Below are positions 50,991 through 64,000 of a stretch of 64,000 nt of DNA, in pieces. Location of the stretch: contig NC_043004.1 in assembly GCF_006345805.1 (NCBI RefSeq), forward strand, positions 94,736,001-94,800,000, in the 5' to 3' direction. Both the position numbers and the translations under genes were made by a program. How positions within the stretch are numbered: the first letter of the stretch is position 1; each line of letters starts with the position of its first letter. Source of the DNA: Octopus sinensis (taxonomy: Eukaryota). A model generated the notes under the pieces. It was given only the letters and a program-made list of their open reading frames with translations. It made no database searches and was not told the DNA's origin.

Positions 50991-53307
50991 TCACCATCTC
51001 TGTCACTATCAACTCAATTCCAATATCATTATTCATATATCACTAAACATCGAAATTAACACAAACCATGCCATTATCGATTCCCTCCCAGCCACCACCA
51101 CCACCACAATCACCATCACCACAACCAGCATCACCACAACCACAACCACAACCACCATCACAGCCATCACCACCACCACCACCACCACCACAACTACCAC
51201 CACCATCACAGCCATCACCACCATCACCACAACCACTACCACCACCACCACCACCACAAGCACCACAACCACCAGCACCACCACAAACACCACAACCACC
51301 ACCACAGCTACCACCACCACCACCACCACCACCACCACCACCACAACCACCATCACAGCTACCACCACCACCACCACCACCACCACCACAACCACCATCA
51401 CAGCCATCACCACCATCACCACAACCACTACCACCACCACCACAAACACCACAACCACCAGCACCACCACAACCACCACAACCACAACCACCATCACAGC
51501 TACTACCACCACCACCACAACCACCACCACCACAACCACCATCATCACCAATAGCACCACTGACATCTCAATGCCTATAACAACCTCTACCATCACCAAT
51601 CGTCGCTACCACCAACACTACCACTGCCACCATCAGCATCACCACCATCACCAATACCAACTTCACCGTCAGTCACCAACACCACCATTACCCCTATTCA
51701 CAACCACCACTTCTACCCCTACCACCACCACCACCAAATCCTCCCCTTCCACTTTCCCCTACCTCTCTCATTAGGCAGTCTTTCATTTATCAAGACTGTC
51801 TTGTTTCACAGAACAGCTTTCCTTCTTAAATTTACTAATTTTCTGGGTTGTTTTTTATGGTTGTTCTTATAGTATTCTGCATTCCGTGTCACTGCTGCTA
51901 CTGCTGTTGTTGTTGTTGTTGTTGTTGTTGTGTTGTTGTTGTTGTTGTTGTTGCTGTTGTTGTTGATGTTGTTGTTGATTTGTTATACATTTTTGTTTTC
52001 ACAGTCAACACAATTTTTCCCATATACACATACCCATAGATACATATGAACATATATTTATATATACATGTGTGTGTGTGTGTGTGTGTGTGTTGGTTTT
52101 TAAATAACATGAATCCACTAAGACATCTCGGAAACAAGATGATGAGAAAATCAGCTGCGAATGTTCCTTGTATCTTGTTTTCGTCTCCCTTCTCCATCCA
52201 TTATGTTTCTGCCCAGTTTTCATCTATTTTCCCCTTCTCTGTCTAACTTCTGAAATATATATATACTCTTTACTCTTTACTCTTTTACTTGTTTCAGTCA
52301 TTTGACTGCGGCCATGCTGGAGCACTGCCTTTAGTCAAGCAAATCGACCCCGGGACTTATTCTTTGTAAGCCCAGTACTTATTCTATCAGTCTCTTTTGC
52401 CGAACCGCTAAGTGACGGGGACGTAAACACACCAGCATCGGTTGTCAAGCAATGCTAGGGGGACAATCACACAAACACATACACACATATATATACATAT
52501 ATACGACAGGCTTCTTCCACTCACAAGGCATTGGTCGGCCCGGGGCTATAGCACAAGACACTTGCCCAAGATGCCACGCAGTGGGACTGAACCCGGAACC
52601 ATGTGGTTGGTTAGCAAGCTACTTTCCACACAGCCACTCCTGTGCCTATATATATATATATGCATACATATATGTATATATATTGATGAATACAGGTATG
52701 TCAAATATTATAAAACATAATTTCTTGATCTATTAAGATTATCTCTGCTTCTAAGGGCTGTGTCATAATTAATTAATGGCAACTGAGACTATCTCTATAT
52801 AGAAAGGAGAGAGAATTTCAAGATTTCTCCAAAGCTGATATGCTATATGTACATAGATATACAAAAGTGTGTGGATATCTTTGCCTGCCTATTAACACAC
52901 ACACATTCATGCATATACATATATGTGTGTGTGTGTGTGTGTATATACATACATATATATCATCATCATCATCATCATTTAATGTTCATTGTCCATGCTG
53001 GCATGGGTTGGATGGTTCGATCAGGGTTGTACAGGTACACGCATCAGGTATCAAAATGATTGCAGAGCAATGAGAAGCAAAGTTCTATACTGAAGAACAT
53101 GTCGTTTTGTCCAGGAATTGAACCCATGGTCTGGTGATCATGCGCACAACATCTTAACCTCTAGGCCATGTGCCTTAACATATATATATGTATCTGTATG
53201 TGTGTGTGTGTACTTGTGTGTGCAAGTGTGTATGTGTGTGTTGTATTTAGAAAGCCATATAATTTCATGCCTCTGTGCATAATGTTGTTTAATTGTGTGT
53301 GTGTGTG

Positions 53308-53425
<118 letters not shown>

Positions 53426-53526
53426 AAATTAAGAGGAATGACCACTAATAATTTTTAACCTTCGGATTTTTTAAATATGCTAAGCCACTGGTTTTAATTG
53501 ATTAATATCAATTTCTACCCTTATTA

Positions 53527-53568
<42 letters not shown>

Positions 53569-53901
53569 CATGTATGTATGTATGTATGTATGTATGTATG
53601 TATGTATGTATGTATGTATGTATCATCATCATTATCAGTTAACCTCTGTTGTCCATGGTGGCACGGTTGGACGGCTTGACTGGGCTGGTAAGCTGGAAGG
53701 CTGCACCAGACTCCAGTCTGATTTGGCATTATTTTCCACAGCTGGATGCCCTTCCTAACGACAACCACTCCAAGAGTGTAATGGGTGCTTTTTACATGCC
53801 ACCAGCACATATACATACATGTATGTATGTATGTATCAAATAGATGTCTTATAATACTATGTATATGCATATGTCTATGTATATATATGTATGTCTATGT
53901 G

Positions 53902-53950
<49 letters not shown>

Positions 53951-55926
53951 TATATAAATATACAACTTATAAACAAGGGCAAAAGAAAAATTCCAATGCC
54001 AAATATGCCGAAATATAGACTTAATCGTCAATAACCATATAATTTATCACTATAAGCACGCGTCTTGAAAGTAAGCCGATAGAAATTTCTAAAAAATTTG
54101 TTATTATTGGATTGGTCCCAATTTTTGAGTTAATTCATTTGGAATTTTCTCATCATCAGCAATAAATACAATAAAAAAATAAATGAGATACTTACTTGCA
54201 CCCATGGAAGATGTATATATATATATATATATATAATATATATATAATATGTATATATAAATGATGATGATGATGGTGGTGGTAGTGGTGGTAGTGATAC
54301 ATATCACACACACACTCACACACACACACACGCACACATGCACACACATACACATACTAGTGGGTCCTGAGAAAATTTCACAATTCATAAATGATCTTGC
54401 TTCTATTTTGATCCAAAAATTTATAAGTTTTTCATAACATTGTTTATTATATTTAAGATTTCAATTCTGTCGTCAATTCTATTCTGTAATCAAAGGTAAC
54501 ATTCAAACTTGTTTATTACGTTAAAGAATTTTTATCTTTAATTGATAATAAAGATTGCTTATTCTGTTTCATTTATATACGGACATACATTCAGCTTTGT
54601 GTAGGCTTTACTATTTTTGTTGATGCGACTGCGATATTCTTCCAATTGACACATCAATTTGTCTCACACTTGGGCCTAGTGTCATTAACCAGGTCCTGCA
54701 AGACCTGTTTTCTCATTCTAAGGAATTTAGTGATAGAAGGCAAAATTTTTCACTTATTTATTGATGTGATTAAAATGTTATTCCAATTGATATATAATTT
54801 CGTCCAGCATTGGAGATCCAACATTGTTAACCTGGTTCCACAACACCTGTCTATTACTATGAAGAAGTTGGTGATAAAAGGTAGAAGTTGAAGTCAGCAT
54901 GAAAAAAGGGCCAGAAAAGATACCAAATAATATCTTGTGTGACACCCTAACCATTCCACCAGTTCACTACTCTAAGACTCATATTTATTTATTGAGCCTT
55001 GAAGTATATTTGGCAAAGTTGACTTGAACAGGATTTGAACTTAGAAAATAGGGAACTGGAACAAACACTGCAATGCTTTCTAGTTGACACTCTAACGGGT
55101 CTACTATTTCACCATCTATAGAAATGCTTGTGGTGGTGGTGGTGGTGGTGGCGGTGGCGGTGGTGGTGTCGGCAGTGGCGGCGGTGGTGGTGTCGGCAGT
55201 GGCGGCGGCAGTGGTGGGTGGCGCTGGTGGCAGCGGTGGTGGCGGAAGTGGCAGCGGCAGTGATGGTGGTTGTGGCACTGGTGGCGGCGGCAGTGGTGGT
55301 GGTGGTGGTGGTGGTGGTGTGGTGGTGGTGGTGTGAAGAATTGATGAAGAAGGCTCTAACATTTATAATCATGATGCAGTCCATCAGTGTCCATGCATAT
55401 ATTTTCTCTCACGTTGGTAGGATCAGAAAATTTCACTTATATAGTTTAGGCAGGTATCTGGATGAAAAGAATTCATTAGTACAGTCCTTTTTCTCTGCCA
55501 AGTATAGCCTGCACCTCCCACTGCTATTGAAGTAAGCATTGCCCTTCTCCAGTACTTTCCACTTGATGCTGTAATTTGTGATGCTGACAAAGCACTAAGA
55601 AAGGGAGAAGCATAAAGTAAATGAGAAAGACAAACAGTGAAAGAGAAGGAAGAACGGAAAGAAAACTAGGCAAAGGCTTAGAAGCCAGATGAGAATGCTG
55701 TTCTATGGGTGAGATGGTTAACAAGGGAGAAGGAGTGCATGTGTATATGTAAGTATAGGATAACGTTAGTGGTCTAAAACTGGGCATAAGGAGTGGTGTG
55801 TGTGTGTATGTGTCTGTGTAATTATTAGGTGAGTGATAAAAAAGCTCGTATGTGAGGAGGTGAGTGTAGGCACAAGTGTGAAGGAAAAAGATATTGATAT
55901 AAAAGTGTGTTTGTTTGTGTTTTCAG

Positions 55927-55987
55927 GATCAAAGACACATCAATCGTGACCATACTGGATTATTTTCCAGATGTAGTGCATCTTAGA
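55927..55987 (+). CDS. Candidate small internal exon
   Basis: Acceptor tttgtgttttcag, donor GAC|gtatgc; open frame DQRHINRDHTGYFPDVVHLR ending in phase 1. Confidence 0.25.
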
Positions 55988-56126
55988 CGTATGCATCATA
56001 TCCTTTCTTTATTAAAGCAGTAAGGTGTAATTTGAGAAGGAATTTAGCTACTACTTCTCCCAGGTCGAGTGAACATGTCGAAACTCCATTGTTTGCAAGA
56101 AAGAAAAAAAAGGCCAGTGTCCATTG

Positions 56127-56552
56127 TAGGGCCAGATTAAGACCCACCGAGGCCCTAAGCACTTAAAAGATTTTGGCACCCCCATAAAAGACAATGTAAT
56201 TCAAAAGATAAACAATAACAAACCATAAAATAATTTTTTATTTTTCAAAACGAACCAGAACAGTAAGAAGAAAAATAATGTTTATTTTTGTATAATCATA
56301 TTTTATTTATATTTGAAAAGTTTCCTCCTACTTTTTTGAATTGCAAAGTCTTTGATCAGATCCTCAAAATTAATCTTAGGTAACACATCTGCATCTATAT
56401 TTAGTAGAGATAAAGGCATCCCGAATATTATTTTAGCAAGTTTAAAGTGATTTCTTTTGTGTTGTAAACTATTTACCATTTCTGTGGTGCCCCCTCCTTC
56501 CCTTGATGCCCTAAGCACATGCTTATTTTGCTTAATGGTTAATCCAGTGCTG
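56127..56552 (-). mobile_element. hAT deletion derivative with a perfect 8-bp TSD and transposase C-terminal remnant
   Basis: TSD GTCCATTG at 56119-56126 and 56553-56560; imperfect TIRs TAGGGCCAGATTAA / TTAATCCAGTGCTG; LSLLNIDADVLPKINFEDLIKDFAIQKSRRK resembles the hATC dimerisation domain end. Confidence 0.9.
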
Positions 56553-56856
56553 GTCCATTGAGGGCTGATGTTCAAAGATGATTGTGCTAAATGTTGCCAT
56601 TATCATATCTTTAATTAAGACAGTGAGCTGGCAAAATCTCTAACATGTCAGACAAAATGCTAAGCGTCATTTTGTTTGTCTTTAAAGTCTGAGATCAAAT
56701 TCTGCTATGGTCAACTTTGCTTTCCATCATTTCAGGGTCGATAAAATAAGTACAAGTTTGAGTGCTGGGGTCCATTTAATCAATTATCTTCCCTCCCCAA
56801 ATTTCAGATCTTGTGCCTATAGTAAAAAACGAATTATTTTATCTTTCATTATAGGT

Positions 56857-57159
56857 TATGACGATGAGGGTCCCAGCTGATACGATCAATGGAACAGCTT
56901 GCTCGTGAAATTAACGTGCAAGTGGCTGAGCATTCCCCAGACACGTGTATCCTTAACGTAGTTCTCGAGGAGATTCAGCGTGACACAGAGAGTGACAAGG
57001 CTGGCCCTTTGAAATACAGGTACAACAGAAACAGGAAGAAAGACTGAGAGAAAGTTGTGGTGAAAGAGTACAGCAGGGTTCACCCCCGCCCCTGCAGGAG
57101 CCTTGTGAAGCTTTAGGTGTTTTTGCTCAATAAACATGCACAATGCCCGGACTGGGAAT
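56857..57159 (-). mobile_element. SINE family C, 5'-truncated
   Basis: Reverse complement of the 18663-19041 body. Confidence 0.85.
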
Positions 57160-57469
57160 ATCTTTCATTAAGGTGGTGAGGTGACAGAATCATTAGCACG
57201 GCAGGTAAAATGCTTATCAGCATTTCATGTCTCCTTGTTCTAATTTCAAATTCTACTGTGGTCGACTTTGTCTTTCATTCTTTTGGGGGTCAATGAAACA
57301 ATTTCCAGTTGAGCACTGTGGTCATTGTAATCAATTTACTCCTCCTCTCTACATTGCTGGCCTTACATAAAAATTTGATTCTGATATTCTGATATTCTGA
57401 TATTCTTTGGTCAGCTCTGCTTAAGAATATACAGCCATAGCCATATAAAAACACTTATGTACCACAGGT

Positions 57470-57652
57470 ACAGGAGTGGCTGTGTGGTAAGTAGCTTGAT
57501 TACCAACAACGTGGTTCTAGGTTCATTCCTACTGCATGGCACTTTGGGCAAGTGTCTTCTACTATAGGCCTGAGCCGACCAAAGCCTTGTGAGTGAATTT
57601 GGTAGATGGAAACTGAAAGAAGCCCATCGTATATATGTATATAACTATATAC

Positions 57653-57683
<31 letters not shown>

Positions 57684-57912
57684 AATATATGTATGTGTGT
57701 GTATATGTTTGTCCCCCCCTCCTCAACATCGCTTGACAACCGATGCTGGTGGTGTGTTTACAACCCAGTAACTTAGCAGTTCAGCAAAAGAGACTGATAG
57801 AATAAGTACTAGGCTTCCAAAGAATAAGTTCTGGGGCGGATTTGCTTGACTGAAGGCGGTGCTCCAGCATGGCCACAGTCAAATGACTGAAACAAGTAAA
57901 AGAGTAAAAGAG
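57470..57912 (+). mobile_element. SINE family A, full length
   Basis: ggagtggctgtgtggtaag...aaagagtaaaagagt. Confidence 0.9.
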
Positions 57913-58243
57913 TTACCCACGAGTATAGCAGCCAACATGCAAAGATATAACATGCCCAACAATGCCAAATACAGCTTCAAGATGATTTGTGATGTTTTAA
58001 CCCATGGTCATTTTCTTTTTAAGTGAGGATATTATGGCAACGTTGCAAGAGGTTTGGCTATTATCAGATATATATATATATAATGGTTTCAGCAAGAATA
58101 TAAAAACTTCTGGCGAGTCACAGGGATAACTTTTCTTTTCCTTGGATGTACTTGTAAATATATCTGTACAAGTGTGTGTATGTGTGAGTGTCTGGATTGG
58201 TGATAATACTGCTGCTACAACAACAATAACTACTACTACTACA

Positions 58244-58298
<55 letters not shown>

Positions 58299-58460
58299 TT
58301 AAGATGCCATTTACAGCTGCATTTGTATAATTTAGATTTTTTTGGTATTCAGTTTTGTATTTTTACTAATTCATATTTTCTCTCTTTCTCTCATCCTCTT
58401 CTCTCTCTTTCTCTCTCTCTCTTTCTCTCTCTCTCTCCCTCTCTCTTGAAATATATATAT

Positions 58461-58511
<51 letters not shown>

Positions 58512-58953
58512 ATATATGCATATGTATGTATGTATTATTCCATAACCAAAATAGAAATTCATTAACAGTCTTCCTGTGGGTCTATTCTTCCCCATCAGAC
58601 CTTCATACTTCCATTTGCTGTAGTTGTTGTTGTTGCTGTTCTCTTCCTTCTTCATCTTCATTTTCTTTTTCACCTTATTTATTTTTATTTTGTTTCTTTT
58701 TTTTTTCTTAATTCTTCCCCAACTTTTTGTTATGAGCTATCTTTAGGTTTCATTAACTTCATATTATCATATTTTTATATTTTAAGAAAACATTATTTTT
58801 GTGGTTGTTTTCATGGTTGTTATTATTATTATCATTATTATTATTATTATTATTATTGTTGTTGTTGTTGTTGTTGTTGTTTAGGACAGTGGAAAACAAG
58901 GAATATAGAACGTTGGGCAAAAAGCCTTGAAATATTTAGTTATGTCTCTTAGC

Positions 58954-59127
58954 ACAGTGCTCTGCAGCCTTTATTCACTTGCAGTACACTTTATATTCAT
59001 TTCAAAATTCGGTGGCACACCTGTACTGAAAATATAACTAAAAGTACAGGCAAAAAAATTATATTCAGGTTAACTAAATATTTCAAGGCACATGAGTATG
59101 TAACAGCATACCGGTTTCAGAACACTG
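58954..59127. mobile_element. hAT-type MITE
   Basis: TIRs CAGTGCTCTG / CAGAACACTG; 8-bp TSD tcttagca / tcttaaca (7 of 8 match). Confidence 0.75.
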
Positions 59128-59212
59128 TCTTAACATACTGAATTCCAATAGCAGCAAGATTAACTCTATCTTTCATTCTTTGATAAATGAAAGGACAAGT
59201 GCTGAAGTTAAC

Positions 59213-59425
59213 TTAACTCTTGTGTTACCAGCTTGGCTCTGTTGTACAAATGTCTTGTTTTCATAAGTTTTGAATTAAAATCTTCCATCAAATCTTAGTC
59301 ACAATTAATGTTCCTAACACTAGCTTAATGATAACTAAGTTATTATGCTAAATTCTTGTTGTATTTAAAATTAATTGAAAGAAACACGAAACGTCTAAAA
59401 ATAAATACAGTAATGAAAGGGTTAA
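59213..59425. mobile_element. piggyBac-type MITE with TTAA ends
   Basis: TTAACTCTTGTGTTAC ... GTAATGAAAGGGTTAA. Confidence 0.65.
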
Positions 59426-59499
59426 AATGTTAACCATTCACTCTAAATTTGTGGTTCTGGACTCATGTTATAGATTATTATTATTTTTATTTGTTAAAA

Positions 59500-59713
59500 G
59501 CAGTGGGCTGGCAGAATTGTTGGCATGCTGGACAAAATGCTTAGTGATGTTTCATCTGTCACTCCATTCTGAGTTCAAATTCCACCGAGGTCAACATTAC
59601 CTTTCATCCTTTTGGGGTCAATAACATAAGTAACAGTTGAACACTAGAGTCGATGTAATTGACTCATCCTTTCCTTCAAAATGACTACTTTTGTGACAAA
59701 ATTTGAAACCATT

Positions 59714-59760
<47 letters not shown>

Positions 59761-59958
59761 GATGGTGAGCTGTGAGAATTGTTAGCACACATCGCCACAT
59801 TCTCAGTTCAAATTTCACCGAGGTTGACTTTGCCTTTCATCCTTTTAGGGATGATTAAACAAGTACCAGTTGAACACTAGGGTCAATTTATTCATCCCTT
59901 CTGCCAAAATTGCTGCCCTTGTGGCAAAATTTGAAACCATTATTATTATTATTATTGC

Positions 59959-60035
<77 letters not shown>

Positions 60036-60295
60036 TATTAATATTATTATTATATTATTATATTATTATTATTGTAAAAGCAGCATGGTGGTAGAATCAT
60101 TAGCACACTGGACGAAGTGCTTGGCAGTATTTTGCCCATCACCATGTTCTGAGTTCAAATTCTGCCGTGGTCAACTTTGCTTTTCATCCTTTCAGGGTTG
60201 ATATAATACGTACCAGTTGAGCACTGGGGTCGATGTAATTGATTTACCTCTACCCCTGAACATGCTGGCCTTGTGTCAAAAAATTTGAAACCGTT
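59500..60295 (+). mobile_element. Three tandem SINE B-type copies separated by (ATT)n tails
   Basis: Copies at 59500-59712, 59760-59940 and 60075-60295, each ending aaaatttgaaacc. Confidence 0.8.
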
Positions 60296-60468
60296 GTTAC
60301 TGTTATTTGTGTTGACATATATTTGTTCACTCCTTGGATTTCCTAGAAAATGATTGGTTTACATACTGAACTGAAATGGAATGCTACACAGGTCTTGGTC
60401 ATTGAGAGATATCATTGTTACATCTGGTGTCTTTTACCCATTGGAAAGAAAAGAATTTAAATTGCTAA

Positions 60469-60505
<37 letters not shown>

Positions 60506-60868
60506 TGTAGTCAGCCACAACGATTTAGGGAGGAAGTGCTCAAAAAATACAACAGAAAAAAATAACAAATAACATTTTTACTTCAGAAAGTATACATAAG
60601 GAAAATGTAATTTTCATAGACAAAATATCTTTTAACACAGTTTCATCCACTAATGCCCACATGGAGTTTTAGCTAAAATTTTTATATAGGAAACAGCAAA
60701 AATTTGTTTACTTGTGTTCCAGTTAAGAAATTGCAAATATGAGTTGATTAATAGAGAAAAGAATAGTGTGGCACAAATATATGACCAATACAAATACTTC
60801 CTTATATGAGACTGTTATTGAAGAGTGAAAGAAAAGGGAAACAATTTCTCTTCCTCTCTGCTTTGCAG

Positions 60869-60909
60869 ATCAAGATAGGAAGTTTCAAGGAAGCCCTAGA
60901 CAATGTCTG
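60869..60909 (+). CDS. Candidate 41-nt internal exon
   Basis: Strong acceptor tttctcttcctctctgctttgcag and donor CTG|gtaaga; the phase-0 and phase-1 frames are both open. Confidence 0.35.
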
Positions 60910-61267
60910 GTAAGATGTAGCTTGCAGCTAATGGAACAAGGCAGATGAGAGAAAATGTGTTCCTGGTTTCAAGAGCAAAACCAAGATCAGATGACCAACA
61001 CCTGCCCACAGGCTCATATCATAATATGTGCTTCAGCATAAGGCAAGGGTTAGAGCCAAGAGCATTGGTAGTGCAGTTGATGTTTGGTTCTTGTTGTCTT
61101 CTTGACACAATATGGGCAGATATGGTTGAGATGAGTGTGTTTGGATAAACAAGTATCATTTAAAAACTGTACTCAGAGATAGAAATTTTGTTTCATAATA
61201 ATTTATTCTATGTTTCAATTGGCTTGCTATCTGGTCAAAATCAGGTGTCATTTCCTGAATCTATACA

Positions 61268-61672
61268 TATATCTATTTCTTTACTACCCTCAAGGGGCTA
61301 AACACAGACGAGACAAATGGATTAAGTCGATTACATTGAGCCCAGTGCGTAACTGGTACTATATTTATCGACCCCTGAGGGATGAAAGGCAAAGTCGACC
61401 TCGGTGGAATTTGAACTCAGAACGTAGCGGCAGACGAAATACCTATTTCTTTACTACCCACAAGGGGCTAAACACAGAGGAGACAAACAAGGACAGACAA
61501 ACGGATTAAGTCGATTACATTGACCCCAGTGCGTAACTGGTACTATATTTATCGACCCCGGAAGGATGAAAGGCAAAGTCGACCTCAGTGGAATTTGAAC
61601 TCAGAACGTAACAGCAGACGAAATACAGCTACGCAGTTCACCCAGAGTGCTAACGTTTCTGCCAGCTCGCCG
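61268..61672 (-). mobile_element. Tandem SINE B dimer
   Basis: Two head-to-tail copies joined at ~61440. Confidence 0.85.
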
Positions 61673-61752
61673 AGAAGATAGCGGGTGGATAAGAAAGTTA
61701 TTTATTAATCTTAGTTTGAAAATGTAGGTTCCTAGTTTGAATGTAGATAAGT

Positions 61753-62346
61753 TTGAAGCAAATAAGGCCGAAAATGTCGTTAGAAGCTGGGATCACCAGG
61801 TGTAGATTGGCATATTTCGGTCATATTATGCGGAGAGAATCCCTGGAGAAGGACATCATGCTCGGAATGGTCAGTGGCAAGAGAGGAAGAGGCCGACCAA
61901 GAACCCACTGGCTTGACACCATCAGGAGTGATACCAGAATGGACATGGCCAATCTGAAGGAAGCGGCCCAGGATAGAACTGACTGGAGGACACTGATCCA
62001 ACGAGTGACCGAGAGTTGACTTCGACTGAGCGGATAGAGAGAGAGAGAGTTTGAATCCAGTTTGGGACAAAGTACACATCAAAGAATAAGACACAACAAT
62101 GATGATTGGATGAAAACACTGGAAACCCGCTGGCTTGACACCATCAGGAGTGATACCAGAATGGACATGGCCAGTCTGAAGGAAGCGGCCCAGGATAGAA
62201 CTGACTGGAGGACACTGATCCAACGAGTGACCGAGAGTCGACTTTGACTGAGCGGATAGAGAGAGAGAGTTTGAATCCAGTTTGGGACAAAGTACACATC
62301 AAAGAATAAGACACAACAATGATGATTGGATGAAAGCACTGGAAAC
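61753..62346 (+). mobile_element. RTE-BovB-like LINE 3' end with a ~222-bp tandem duplication
   Basis: RLAYFGHIMRRESLEKDIMLGMVSGKRGRGRPRTHWLDTI...LKEAAQDRTDWRTLIQRVTES, followed by a (GA)n tail. Confidence 0.9.
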
Positions 62347-62726
62347 ATGTAAACATTAAAATTATATAATGTTTCTCATAGCTAAAGACATTAATAGCAA
62401 AAACATTAGAAAGGAAGTTAATCTTATTTAAAATGACTATTGTAATGTTTTAGACATTAGATAGCATTTATCCATTCTGTCCACATAATTCCCTGTAAGA
62501 CCCTGGAATAAATCTAATGAAGTGTCCAACCCATCCGCCTTACAGAATCAAATTCTAGTACAAACATAAAAAAAAAGCCACACTGATCTTCCTTTCCCTC
62601 AGTTGTTCCTCATGCTTTTTCTATCTTTTGTCATCTCTATCTGCATACACACACACACACACACACACACATACACACGCATACACACACACATATATAT
62701 TTATATACATATATATATCCTTCGTC

Positions 62727-62768
<42 letters not shown>

Positions 62769-62979
62769 ATCTCTCTCTCTCTCTCTTTATCTCTCTCTCT
62801 CTCTACGTTTCTTTCTCTCCCTCCCCCTCTCACACAACTGATGTTTTCTTTTTATCCAATAATTCTTCTGTCATTAATTTTAAATCTTTCTAAATAAACA
62901 TATTTTAACCAGTTTTTTTCTTTTCCTTTCCATATTCATTTGACAGCCTTCATGACAATCTGTCCGGCTCTCCATTATC

Positions 62980-63020
62980 ATCATCATCACCACCATCATC
63001 CTCATCATCATCATCACCAC

Positions 63021-63075
<55 letters not shown>

Positions 63076-63105
63076 GTCATCATCATCATCGTCGTCGTCG
63101 TCATT

Positions 63106-63153
<48 letters not shown>

Positions 63154-63171
63154 GTCATCATCATCATCATC

Positions 63172-63210
<39 letters not shown>

Positions 63211-63254
63211 CCGTCGTCGTCATCATTATCATCATCATCATCGTCGTCATCATT

Positions 63255-63286
<32 letters not shown>

Positions 63287-63850
63287 TGTCGTCATCATCA
63301 TGATCATGATCATCATGATCATCGTCGTCGCCGTCGTCGTCGTCGTAGTTGCTGCAGTGAGTATTGAAACACTATTAGCAAATAATTTGTTCCATTATCT
63401 TCACCATACTTTATTTCAGATTTTCTACTCAGTTCAACTTATACTATTATTTTAATGAAACTAATGATGATAATGTTGGTATTGGAGGCAGTGGTGGTGG
63501 TGGTGGTGGTGGAGGTGGTGGTGGTGGTGGTGTGGTGGTGGTGGTAGTGGTGGTGGTGGTGGTAGTGGTGATGGTGGTGGTGGTAGTGGTGGTGATGGTA
63601 GTGGTGATGGTGGTGGTGGTGGTGGTAGTGATGGTGGTGGTGGTGGTGGTGGTGGAGGCAGTGGTGGTGATGGTGGTGGTAGTGATGGTGGTGGTGGTGG
63701 TGGTGATGGTGGTTGTAGTGATGGTGGTGGTGGTGGTGGTGGTGGAGGCAGTGGTGGTGATGGTGGTGGTAGTGATGGTGGTGGTGGTGGTGGTGGTGGT
63801 GGTGGTGGTGGTTGTGGTGATGGTGGTGGTGGTGGTGGTGGTGGTACGAC
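62980..63850. repeat. (CAT)n and (GGT)n arrays
   Basis: Direct reading. Confidence 0.95.
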
Positions 63851-64000
63851 TAACGTTGATGTTCTTCTTACTGTCCTTGATGCTGTTGCTAGTGTTGCTG
63901 ATGCTGGTAACTTCTATTGTTGTTGATATGACAGCTGCTCTTGTTTGTTATTGCTGTGACTACTGCTGTTATGTTGTGCCTGTTGCTGTTGTTGTTGGTA

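Overview
AT-rich, repeat-saturated animal genomic DNA, probably intronic or intergenic. The SINE families and extreme microsatellite density suggest a coleoid cephalopod such as Octopus; this is my recognition, not a database match. No host protein gene can be firmly identified; only a few weak candidate exons are visible. Almost all ORFs in the supplied track are microsatellite artefacts. Supported content: (1) a decayed Ty3/Gypsy LTR retrotransposon (~14.0-18.3 kb) with its 3' LTR and PPT; (2) RTE-clade LINE fragments, many orphan copies of their (GAT)n-tailed 3' UTR, and a CR1-like RT fragment; (3) at least three tRNA-headed SINE families in many copies; (4) hAT and piggyBac-type MITEs, some with intact TSDs; (5) a Penelope-like GIY-YIG fragment. 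The most interesting signal is invisible to the ORF track: a set of type I hammerhead ribozymes (HHR) from several unrelated short element families. One at 6281-6362(-) has a fully canonical core. A divergent pair lies at 7043-7128(-) and 7533-7619(+). A CUGUUGA core variant sits at the end of the Penelope fragment, another HHR is fused behind a tRNA-like Pol III head (27549-27726), and degenerate cores lie at both ends of a 1.2-kb foldback. Together these suggest a Penelope-dependent, non-autonomous, ribozyme-bearing retroelement system that inserts into (TA)n tracts. All ribozyme calls come from manual folding; activity is untested.
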